A stretch of DNA of 64,000 nt from an uncultured Ruminococcus sp. (GTDB taxonomy: Bacteria > Bacillota > Clostridia > Oscillospirales > Acutalibacteraceae), in the NCBI GenBank assembly GCA_902762375.1, contig CACWNY010000027.1, forward strand, positions 11,400-75,399, in the 5' to 3' direction. Made by a program: the position numbers and the translations under genes. Positions 56,224 to 64,000 of this stretch are shown piece after piece; the stretch's first letter is position 1, and each line of letters opens with the position of its first letter. A model generated the notes under the pieces. That model did no database searches and was not told where the DNA came from. It saw only the letters and a program-made list of their open reading frames with translations.

Positions 56224-57921
56224 ATGGAATTTTTAGAGTTATTCAATTTACCGTATTTCGGAGCAATTATTGATTTGGCACTGTTTACTATCAGAATACT
56301 GTTGCCGATATTAGGGATAATTATTGTGTTTCAGTGTTTCAGTTCTATGAGAAGACACCGTCGTGACGAACACGCACTAGTTATGCTTGTTGATAAAGAT
56401 AGTGGAGAAAGCAAACCCGTTCTGTACTGGGAAAATTCCATCGGCAGAAACCGTGACAGCGATATCCGTATTACTGATGAAAGTGTTTCCCGTGACCACG
56501 CTGTTTTACTCAGGAGGAAAGAGGGTTGGTTTGTGAATGATGTCGGTTCAAAGAACGGTACATATGTCAACCATACCCGCATACAAGGGCGAACACCTGT
56601 TATGATAGATGATGTGATTACTGTCGGAGATAAGTCCTATCTGTTCAAACGGACAGACGATGTGGTAGTTTCCCGAAATTCGTGGTTTTTCAACCGTCCG
56701 ACAAACAAAAAAGCTATCAGTACATCATCATTACTGCTGTTGATATCCTTGTTTCACTTTTTTCTTGCGGTAGAGGGAAGTCTTTGTGATGAAAAGCAAG
56801 ATTTTCAACCGTTTCTGATATGGGGACTGTTTACAGGATTAAGCTGGGGATTTTTTGCCTTTTCCCGAAAAGTACTGGGACGGGTCAACTTTGAAATTGA
56901 AGCACTGGCACTTTTCATGACTGGAACAGGTGTGATGATGTTGGTGCGTCAGGTATTGCGACAGAGTATTACTCAGACCATCGCCACTGCAATAGGAATG
57001 ATAGGCTTTTGCATTATCATCAAGATGATAGAAGACCCTGACCGCATAGAAAAATTCCGTATACCGTTATATATTCTTGCGGTAGGAATGTTAGGGGCAA
57101 ATATTCTGTTTGCAAGAGTAACCAACGGTGCAGCAAACTGGCTGAGCATAGGTGGAATTTCGGTACAGCCGTCAGAATTTGTCAAAGTCATCTATGTTTT
57201 GCTGAGTGCGTCAGTACTGGACAGACTGCTGACAAAAAGCAACTTGATACAGTTTATCGGATTTTCGATAATCTGTGTCGGAGCATTGATATTAATGAGT
57301 GACTTAGGTACGGCACTGATATTTTTCTGTACATTTTTATTCATATCGTTCATGCGTAGCGGAAACTTACACACGGTTATCTTAGCTTTGGTGGCGGCGG
57401 TACTGGGAGCGATATTCATTATATCGTTCAAGCCGTATATTGCTGACCGTTTCAGTGCATGGGGAAAATGTTTTGAACTTGCAGACACCACAGGCTATCA
57501 ACAGGCAAGAGTGCTGACCTATTCCGCCAGTGGTGGAGTAATCGGAGTAGGTGTAGGAAACGGTTATCTGAAGTATATCTTTGCCTCAGAGAGTGACCTT
57601 GTTTTCGGACTGCTTTCGGAAGAAGTCGGAATTGTAATAGCGATAAGCATGGTAATCTGTATTATCGGGTTGGTGATTTACGCCAGAGCCATTACGACAA
57701 GAAGTCGAAGTACCTTTTATTCCATATCCGCTTCCTGTGCGTCAGGGCTTATGCTGGTACAGACAGCACTGAATGTATTCGGGGCAACAGACATTCTACC
57801 ACTTACAGGAGTGACTTTACCGTTCATCAGTTTGGGTGGGTCAAGTATCATTTCGTGTTGGTGTATGCTGGCGTTCATCAAATCGGCAGACGAACGCACC
57901 TACGGTCTGAAAACCCGCTAG
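56224..57921 (+). CDS. FHA-domain fusion to SEDS glycosyltransferase (FtsW/RodA/SpoVE family)
   Basis: FHA: ENSIGRNRDSDIRITDESVSRDHAVLL...NGTYVN. SEDS: IGGISVQPSEFVK...DLGTALIF...LPLTGVTLPFISLGGSS. Confidence 0.85.
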   Translation: MEFLELFNLPYFGAIIDLALFTIRILLPILGIIIVFQCFSSMRRHRRDEHALVMLVDKDSGESKPVLYWENSIGRNRDSDIRITDESVSRDHAVLLRRKEGWFVNDVGSKNGTYVNHTRIQGRTPVMIDDVITVGDKSYLFKRTDDVVVSRNSWFFNRPTNKKAISTSSLLLLISLFHFFLAVEGSLCDEKQDFQPFLIWGLFTGLSWGFFAFSRKVLGRVNFEIEALALFMTGTGVMMLVRQVLRQSITQTIATAIGMIGFCIIIKMIEDPDRIEKFRIPLYILAVGMLGANILFARVTNGAANWLSIGGISVQPSEFVKVIYVLLSASVLDRLLTKSNLIQFIGFSIICVGALILMSDLGTALIFFCTFLFISFMRSGNLHTVILALVAAVLGAIFIISFKPYIADRFSAWGKCFELADTTGYQQARVLTYSASGGVIGVGVGNGYLKYIFASESDLVFGLLSEEVGIVIAISMVICIIGLVIYARAITTRSRSTFYSISASCASGLMLVQTALNVFGATDILPLTGVTLPFISLGGSSIISCWCMLAFIKSADERTYGLKTR

Positions 57922-57930
57922 TATGTCATA

Positions 57931-58222
57931 TTCGGGGACGCTGTCCCCGAACCCCCTGTTTAAGGGCTGCCGCCCTTAAAAATCCTGCCCACTTTTTTGA
58001 AAAAAAGTGGACAAAAAACTTTTATGGTTTTGTAGCGTTCGGATTGTTATCTCAAGGTATAGCTATGACAATTAAAAGTTTTTGTCGAACTTTTGAGGGC
58101 AAGTTCGTGGGGTTCAGGGGCAAAGCCCCTGATGGGATTTTTAAGGGCGAAGCCCTTAAACTCATCAAAATCCAAACAAAATTTGCGTCAGCAAATTTTG
58201 ACAATGACTATTTGATTTTCAA
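57931..58222. repeat. MPE locus 25, dimer between FHA-rodA and pbp
   Basis: Left arm is G TTCGGGGACGCTGTCCCCGAA, D and B(CCAC). The linker is a variant, GTAGCGTTCGGATTGTTATCTCAAGG. Right arm is A-B(CGAAC with loop GAGGGC)-C-D-E plus a decayed terminus. Confidence 0.9.
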
Positions 58223-58239
58223 CATTTAGGAGTATTGTT

Positions 58240-59613
58240 ATGACGAAAATTCATTTCAGAACAATTCTTGTATTGATTATTGCGTTAGCTGTCATTTTCG
58301 GAATGGGTCTTTTTGTCTGGCGGATAGTCAGTAATTCCAGCGAGTGGATACAGCATACCTATAACGGACATCTTTCGGGAAACGGCGGACTTGCCGAAGC
58401 AGGAATGATTTATGACCGCAACGGTAATGTGCTGGCATATTCAGAAGATAAACTCCGTCTTTACAACTATGACGAAGTTACCCGACTGTCAACACTTCAT
58501 GTGGTAGGTGACGACAGTATGAATATTTCGTCAGCCATTCAGAGTTCCTACCGTTCTTATCTGACAGGATATAATTTCTTTTTCGGGCTTGGCTTACCAA
58601 AGACTTTACGCAGGGGAAATGATATCACCTTGAATATAGACAGCAATGCCTGTAATACTGCCTATTATGCTCTGAACGGCTATAACGGTGCGGTTGTGGT
58701 TTATAATTATAAAACAGGAGAAGTCCTTTGCAGTGTCAGTACACCCACTTACGACCCGTTAAATCCCCCTGAAATCACCGAAGAAAATGAAAGTGAATAT
58801 GATGGAATTTATGTCGATAAAGTGCTTGCAGGACGATATGCTCCAGGTTCTACATTCAAAATAGTCACGCTTGCCTGTGCTTTGGAAAACATTCCGAATG
58901 TGGAAAACGAAATTTTCTCTTGCAACGGTGCAAAGAAAATCGGCGAAAAAGAAGTTACCTGTATGCATGTTCACGGTGATTTGAATTTGAAAGAGGGTCT
59001 GTCACAATCGTGTAATATTGTTTTCGCAGAACTTGCCGAACGGCTGGGCAAAGATAAAATGACACAAACCGCTGAAAAACTGGGATTTAATACTTCCTAT
59101 GAAATCAACGGTACCTACACCGCCAAAGGAAATTACAATGTAGAAAAAGCTAATAAAAATGATTTGGCATGGTCGGGAATAGGACAGTATACCGTAGAAG
59201 CCAATCCTATGCAGATGGCGATTATGTGCGGTGCGATTGCCAACGGTGGAACGGCAATTCTTCCTGATGAGATTAAAAGTGGTGTGACAAAATCCTTTGT
59301 CAGTAACGGTCAGAAAAATTTAATCAGCAGTGATATGGCTCAGAAACTTGACGAATATATGCGATATGATGTTACCAACTATTACGGAGATGACCTTTTT
59401 CCTAGCCTGACGGTCTGTGCGAAAACAGGAACGGCAGAAGTCGGAGAAGGAAAAGAACCTCACGCATGGATGATAGGTTATGCACAAGATGAGGACGCAC
59501 CTCTTGCTTTTGCGGTGATTGTCGAAAACGGTGGTTACGGGTACAGTACAGCAGGTCCTGTCGCTGTAGCCGCTATGGAGGCTTGTGCGTTGATTACCCG
59601 CAACAATCAGTAG
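58240..59613 (+). CDS. class B penicillin-binding protein (transpeptidase)
   Basis: N-terminal TM anchor, with STFK, SQSCN (SxN) and KTGTAE motifs. Confidence 0.87.
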   Translation: MTKIHFRTILVLIIALAVIFGMGLFVWRIVSNSSEWIQHTYNGHLSGNGGLAEAGMIYDRNGNVLAYSEDKLRLYNYDEVTRLSTLHVVGDDSMNISSAIQSSYRSYLTGYNFFFGLGLPKTLRRGNDITLNIDSNACNTAYYALNGYNGAVVVYNYKTGEVLCSVSTPTYDPLNPPEITEENESEYDGIYVDKVLAGRYAPGSTFKIVTLACALENIPNVENEIFSCNGAKKIGEKEVTCMHVHGDLNLKEGLSQSCNIVFAELAERLGKDKMTQTAEKLGFNTSYEINGTYTAKGNYNVEKANKNDLAWSGIGQYTVEANPMQMAIMCGAIANGGTAILPDEIKSGVTKSFVSNGQKNLISSDMAQKLDEYMRYDVTNYYGDDLFPSLTVCAKTGTAEVGEGKEPHAWMIGYAQDEDAPLAFAVIVENGGYGYSTAGPVAVAAMEACALITRNNQ

Positions 59614-59842
59614 TTTAAGGGCTGCCACCCTTAAAAATCCTGCTAAGGGGCTGCCGCCCCTTAACCCTGCCCACTTTTTTTGAAAAAAAGTGGACAAAAA
59701 ACTTTTATGGTTCACTTCGTTCAGATTGTTTATCACACATTGGGCTATGACAATTAAAAGTTTTTGTCGAACTTTTTTCAAAAAGTTCGTGGGGTTCAGG
59801 GGCAAAGCCCCTGATGGGATTTTTAAGGGCAACGCCCTTAAA
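59614..59842. repeat. MPE locus 26, dimer between pbp and cobB
   Basis: Starts directly after the pbp TAG stop. Left arm D-C-B(CCAC) is almost identical to the left arm of locus 21. Right arm is A-B(CGAAC)-C-D. Confidence 0.9.
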
Positions 59843-59874
59843 GACATAACTCTGCAATCGAAAGGAGAAACACT

Positions 59875-60603
59875 ATGTCAGAAAATAAAATCGCTGAGTT
59901 GCAGAAAATTATTGACAACAGCAACAGAATTGTCTTTTTCGGCGGTGCGGGTGTCAGCACAGAATCGGGTATTCCTGATTTTCGCAGTGTGGACGGTCTT
60001 TACAATCAAAAATATGACTATCCTCCTGAAGAAATTTTAAGCCATACTTTCTTTGTTCGCCATACCAAAGAATTTTATGACTTCTACCGTGACAAAATGC
60101 TCTGCTTTACCGCTAAACCTAACAAGGCTCACCTCTTTCTTGCACAACTCGAACAAAAAGGTAAACTTCTGGCGGTCATTACCCAAAACATTGACGGTCT
60201 GCACCAACAGGCAGGTAGTAAAACCGTCTATGAACTTCATGGCAGTGTACACCGTAATTTTTGTACGCAGTGCAGTAAATTCTATGACGGTGAGTTCATC
60301 GCCAATTCTACAGGTATTCCCAAATGTACGGCTTGTCACGGACTGATTAAACCTGATGTCGTTCTTTATGAGGAAGGTCTTGACGATTATACCGTCACCC
60401 AAAGTGTAAAAGCCATTCAAAAAGCCGACTGCATGATAATTGCAGGAACAAGTCTTAGCGTCTATCCTGCTGCGGGACTTATCCATTATTTTCGTGGAAA
60501 ACACCTTGTTCTCATCAACAAAGGCAACACTGCTATGACAACCAATGCTGATTTAGTGATTAATTCCGCTGTCGGAGAAGTACTCTCCCAAATCAAACTC
60601 TGA
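59875..60603 (+). CDS. cobB: NAD-dependent protein deacylase (Sir2 family)
   Basis: FFGGAGVSTESGIPDFRS, QNIDGLH, and Zn motif CTQC...CTAC. Confidence 0.9.
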   Translation: MSENKIAELQKIIDNSNRIVFFGGAGVSTESGIPDFRSVDGLYNQKYDYPPEEILSHTFFVRHTKEFYDFYRDKMLCFTAKPNKAHLFLAQLEQKGKLLAVITQNIDGLHQQAGSKTVYELHGSVHRNFCTQCSKFYDGEFIANSTGIPKCTACHGLIKPDVVLYEEGLDDYTVTQSVKAIQKADCMIIAGTSLSVYPAAGLIHYFRGKHLVLINKGNTAMTTNADLVINSAVGEVLSQIKL

Positions 60604-60605
60604 AC

Positions 60606-60644
60606 AAAAAGACCGCTTGTTCAAAAAGGACAGCGGTCTTTTTA
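60606..60644 (+). terminator. intrinsic terminator after cobB
   Basis: GACCGCTTGT-loop-ACAGCGGTC followed by TTTTT. Confidence 0.8.
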
Positions 60645-60715
60645 GTTGCAATATTTTTACAAAAATGGTATCATAAATATTATAAAACAGTATTGTCAGC
60701 AAGGAGGAAACATCT

Positions 60716-61180
60716 ATGGGCAAAATGACAGTGTATCACGGGAGTTATACCCGTGTGGAATATCCGAAAATTATCAGGGGTAAGAATACCAAAGATTTCG
60801 GTTATGGATTTTACTGTACTGTTATTCGTGAGCAGGCAGAAAGATGGGCAAGACGCTATAATACTCCTTTCGTCAATACCTATACAGTAAGAATGAATAC
60901 CGCTTTGCATATTTTGGAGTTCAAAGAAATGACAGATGAATGGCTGGATTTTATCATTGACTGTCGCAGCGGAAAAACACATCACTATGATATTGTGATA
61001 GGAGCAATGGCGAATGACCAGATTTACAATTACATTTCCGATTACATAGACGGTATTCTGACAAGAGAACAGTTCTGGATTTTGGCAAAGTTCAAATATC
61101 CCACACATCAGATAAATTTCTGTACACCGTCAGCTTTAAAATGTCTGACCTTTGTCAGCGGAGAGGAGTGTAAAAAATGA
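60716..61180 (+). CDS. DUF3990-like protein
   Basis: VYHGSYTRVEYPKI...KDFGYGFYCT...QAERWA resembles DUF3990. Overlaps the next gene by 4 nt. Confidence 0.5.
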   Translation: MGKMTVYHGSYTRVEYPKIIRGKNTKDFGYGFYCTVIREQAERWARRYNTPFVNTYTVRMNTALHILEFKEMTDEWLDFIIDCRSGKTHHYDIVIGAMANDQIYNYISDYIDGILTREQFWILAKFKYPTHQINFCTPSALKCLTFVSGEECKK

Positions 61181-61632
61181 TTGGTCGTGAAAATCAGAAA
61201 GACAACGATTTATTTTTCACCTGCAGTCTGATAGATTACATAGCCAGAAAAACCAAAAACAAGAGAGTTACTGTTGTTGATAAGTTGGGTAAAGAAACGA
61301 TAGCTAAAATTTATGATTTGGCAGATGTCTACCACAGCGACAATATAGAAACAGTCAGCGATGATTTTATCGCACAGGCAAATATTTCTATAGGTAACTT
61401 TGACAATGTAAAATCCGCAAAATATGCCGTACCCAGTCATTGGGATATCGGAAAGGTATATAAACGACTTGTGTTGGGAATTGTCAGAGAAAAGGGACTG
61501 TCTATTGTTGACGCACTGTTTGAAGCCTATCATTCCTTTGTCAGCGACAAAATTGACGACTATAACAGCAGTTTCTATTACGACAGCCCCCAGAATATTT
61601 TAAATGCTTATCTCTACAATGAAATAGAGTAA
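61177..61632 (+). CDS. DUF3791-like protein
   Basis: 151-aa ORF translationally coupled to the DUF3990-like gene, a pairing I recall as typical. Weak family recall. Confidence 0.45.
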   Translation: MIGRENQKDNDLFFTCSLIDYIARKTKNKRVTVVDKLGKETIAKIYDLADVYHSDNIETVSDDFIAQANISIGNFDNVKSAKYAVPSHWDIGKVYKRLVLGIVREKGLSIVDALFEAYHSFVSDKIDDYNSSFYYDSPQNILNAYLYNEIE

Positions 61633-61640
61633 CGCTTTAA

Positions 61641-61676
61641 CTGTAGTCTGATAATTTCAGATTACAGTTCTCTTTT
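61641..61676 (+). terminator. hairpin between convergent genes
   Basis: CTGTAGTCTGA-TAATT-TCAGATTACAG followed by TTCTCTTTT. Overlaps the stop codon of the minus-strand permease gene. Confidence 0.55.
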
Positions 61677-62339
61677 GCTGTACACCTTCACCGAAATCAG
61701 CCACGAAATGAAGTATAAAAGCAACATAATCCCGACAAAAATTATTGTCACAGGAATATTTCCAGCAGATTGTACGGCAAAGGGATTTTCATTGTCAGAT
61801 GTACCAGCAGAAAGAATCATAGAAACAAGACCTGAATAAACACCTATCATCACCAGAAGTGCTATTCTTGCTTTCTGATAACCGAACTTGAATGTCAGCG
61901 GAAAAATAATACAGGGCATAACCGACATTCCCATTATCATCGGAACATTGCTGATTATCGTATTCAACATTTCGGCTGTACCTACCTGCCATTTGATATT
62001 GGAAATCACTGTCAGTACAGAAGATGCCAACCATAACACAACATTACTGCCTATGATAAAAAAATATTTTTCCGTTACAAATGTTTTTCGGGAAATCGGA
62101 AAAGTATCGCAATAGATATGCCATTTGGTTGTTTCATCGTAGGTCAATGTAGACATCGTTGCCATCATAAAGAAAAATATACCGTACATACAAGCGGTTG
62201 CCAATACCGAAATTCCCAGCAAAGCAACACTACCCGCAACCGTAAACAACAACGCTATTATGAATAAAAGTGTGTTTCTCTTTAAAACAAAATAAAAATC
62301 TTTCAACAATAAGCCTTTCATGAATATTTCACCTTTCAT
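61662..62339 (-). CDS. ABC-2-like membrane permease
   Basis: About 6 TM helices. It is the last gene of an ATPase / membrane protein / membrane protein operon. Confidence 0.55.
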   Translation of the reverse strand: MKGEIFMKGLLLKDFYFVLKRNTLLFIIALLFTVAGSVALLGISVLATACMYGIFFFMMATMSTLTYDETTKWHIYCDTFPISRKTFVTEKYFFIIGSNVVLWLASSVLTVISNIKWQVGTAEMLNTIISNVPMIMGMSVMPCIIFPLTFKFGYQKARIALLVMIGVYSGLVSMILSAGTSDNENPFAVQSAGNIPVTIIFVGIMLLLYFISWLISVKVYSKREL

Positions 62340-63127
62340 TATATATCGTCAAGAAAATCCGCAAAATCGTCAAAGAAAGAAATGTAATTGCCTAATGTTC
62401 CTGCTATGACTTTTGCCGATAGTTTCAAAATCTTTTCCGCTAACATTCCCACCAGAACAGACCCCACAAAAGCAATAATACATAATACAGAAGTCTGCAA
62501 TATAGACGGCAAATGTAATTTACCATCTATGATTTCGATAAAGTCGAAAATTTTGTAGAGAGCAAAAATATAAAACGATAAGTATACACCTGATGTCAGC
62601 ACCACAAACAACACGATAATTCCCAATGCTATTGCAATTAAAATCATCAGGATAAAATACAGTTTTCCGTGAGTATCCATGCCTGCTATTGCCATATTCA
62701 TCACAGACTGAATTTTCGGGGTAATCAGATACCATATTACCGCACTGAAATAAAACAGGATATTGTCTGTCAAAAAATCCTGTAATATGTTTTTGATAAA
62801 CGAATCGTCATCATCATGCAAAATAACGGGAATAATCAGTTTCTGCACATTGAACAGCAAGGCAAATACAATGACATACAGTATAATCATATCTTTAGGA
62901 GCCTGATAGGTACAGAATGCCATTATCTGTAAAATATCCGAAAATCCGAAAAAGAGTGTACTTTCAATAATATCTGCGGAAGATTGTGTCAAGGAAATAT
63001 CATACCACGGAGAATAAATATTGCTGACAATCATAACTGCAAAATACAACACCGCAAAAAAACAGAATTTCAGATTATCCACAACAAAATCTTTGACCGT
63101 TTCCCACACCTCAGAAATAAACTGCAC
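62339..63127 (-). CDS. hypothetical polytopic membrane protein
   Basis: 262 aa and multiple TM helices. Its stop overlaps the start of the next gene. Confidence 0.5.
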   Translation of the reverse strand: MQFISEVWETVKDFVVDNLKFCFFAVLYFAVMIVSNIYSPWYDISLTQSSADIIESTLFFGFSDILQIMAFCTYQAPKDMIILYVIVFALLFNVQKLIIPVILHDDDDSFIKNILQDFLTDNILFYFSAVIWYLITPKIQSVMNMAIAGMDTHGKLYFILMILIAIALGIIVLFVVLTSGVYLSFYIFALYKIFDFIEIIDGKLHLPSILQTSVLCIIAFVGSVLVGMLAEKILKLSAKVIAGTLGNYISFFDDFADFLDDI

Positions 63128-63132
63128 TTGCC

Positions 63133-63984
63133 TCAGTCCTCCTTTACCATAAAGATAAACAAGTCCTCTACATCAACAGCCGATACTTTTAACCCTTGCG
63201 GTATATTTCTGCGTTCCATAAGCACATTAATACCGTAAGGTGTTTTCTTTTTGCCGACGATTGCAGAACTGTCCAGTCTGTTCAGTTCGTCTTTGGTACA
63301 GTTAATCACACCGTACTTTTCGATAAGCAAATCCTTTTCATCACAAAGCATTAATTCTCCGTTGTGCATAAAAGCGATATAATCACAGATTTTGTCCAAA
63401 TCACTGACAATATGTGACGATACCAAAATAGAATGGTCTGCGTTACGGGTGAACTCCATGAAAATATCGTTGACTTCATCACGCATTACAGGGTCAAGAC
63501 CGTTGGTGGCTTCGTCTAAAATCAACAGTTTCGGGTTGTGAGAAAGGGCAATCGCTAACCCTAATTTCATTTTCATACCTTTGGAAAATTCTTTGAAAGT
63601 CTTGTTTTCGGGAACTTTCAGTTTTTGAAGATAACCCAAAAATGTTTTTTCATTCCAGTGGGTAAAGATATTTTTCATTATCTTATTGATTTCTTTCGCT
63701 TTGAGATATTCGGGAATACACGGTTCGTCAAGCACTACACCGATATCGTCTTTGACAGAAGTGAGTTCTTTTTGACTGTCTTTACCAAGTACAGTAATTG
63801 TACCGTTGTCTTTTTTTATCATATTGAGAATAAGTTTGATAAGTGTCGTTTTTCCTGCACCGTTTTCGCCGATAAGTCCCATGATACTGCCTGACGGCAA
63901 CTCCAGATTGAAATTCTCAATCTGGAAATCCTTATAGTATTTCGACAGTTTCTGAATAGTAATAGCGTTGTTATTCATATTCAT
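63133..63984 (-). CDS. ABC transporter ATP-binding protein
   Basis: GENGAGKTT, FSKGMKMKLGLA, LLILDEAT. Confidence 0.87.
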   Translation of the reverse strand: MNMNNNAITIQKLSKYYKDFQIENFNLELPSGSIMGLIGENGAGKTTLIKLILNMIKKDNGTITVLGKDSQKELTSVKDDIGVVLDEPCIPEYLKAKEINKIMKNIFTHWNEKTFLGYLQKLKVPENKTFKEFSKGMKMKLGLAIALSHNPKLLILDEATNGLDPVMRDEVNDIFMEFTRNADHSILVSSHIVSDLDKICDYIAFMHNGELMLCDEKDLLIEKYGVINCTKDELNRLDSSAIVGKKKTPYGINVLMERRNIPQGLKVSAVDVEDLFIFMVKED

Positions 63985-64000
63985 TTTCCTCCATAATTGT

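Overview
Low-GC chromosomal segment from a spore-forming Firmicute, apparently Clostridia-like; this is a guess from gene content only. Supporting content: spoIID-like and spoIVB genes, a thrS T-box leader, a preQ1-I riboswitch ahead of queD-queE-folE-queC-queF, the rpmG-secE-nusG-rplK-rplA-rplJ-rplL cluster, and RecO with a YqzL-like micro-ORF. I support about 61 protein genes. They include a partial malQ and a cell-envelope glycan locus (Wzm/Wzt-type ABC exporter, IspD/TarI-like cytidylyltransferase, SDR, SDR-like::LicD fusion, GNAT, GT2). Others are GH13 amylase::DUF1653, rnhA, ldh, gdhA, a 16-domain Big_2 surface protein, a CpsC/CpsD/CpsB/sugar-phosphotransferase module, thrS, a P-type ATPase, a multidomain flavodiiron protein, a Ser/Thr kinase, FHA::RodA plus a class B PBP, and a Sir2 deacylase. 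No tRNA, rRNA, CRISPR array, transposase or prophage was seen. The main signal is non-coding: a modular family of nested palindromic repeats at 26 loci, by my hand tally about 5.4 kb or 8% of the window. The modules are: T, terminal inverted repeat; A; hairpins B, C, D, E and G; and linker L. They fill most intergenic gaps, abut or supply stop codons (including the last ~45 codons of the recO ORF), and sit inside operons and inside the thrS leader. They show compensatory stem changes and form head-to-head dimers whose arms always carry different B-stem variants. The second candidate system is a radical SAM/SPASM enzyme next to two paralogous lipoprotein-like proteins that carry VYGPPP and VYGPPS(W/Y) motifs at both ends. 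All coordinates for starts, repeat edges and RNA elements were counted by hand and may be off by a few nt.
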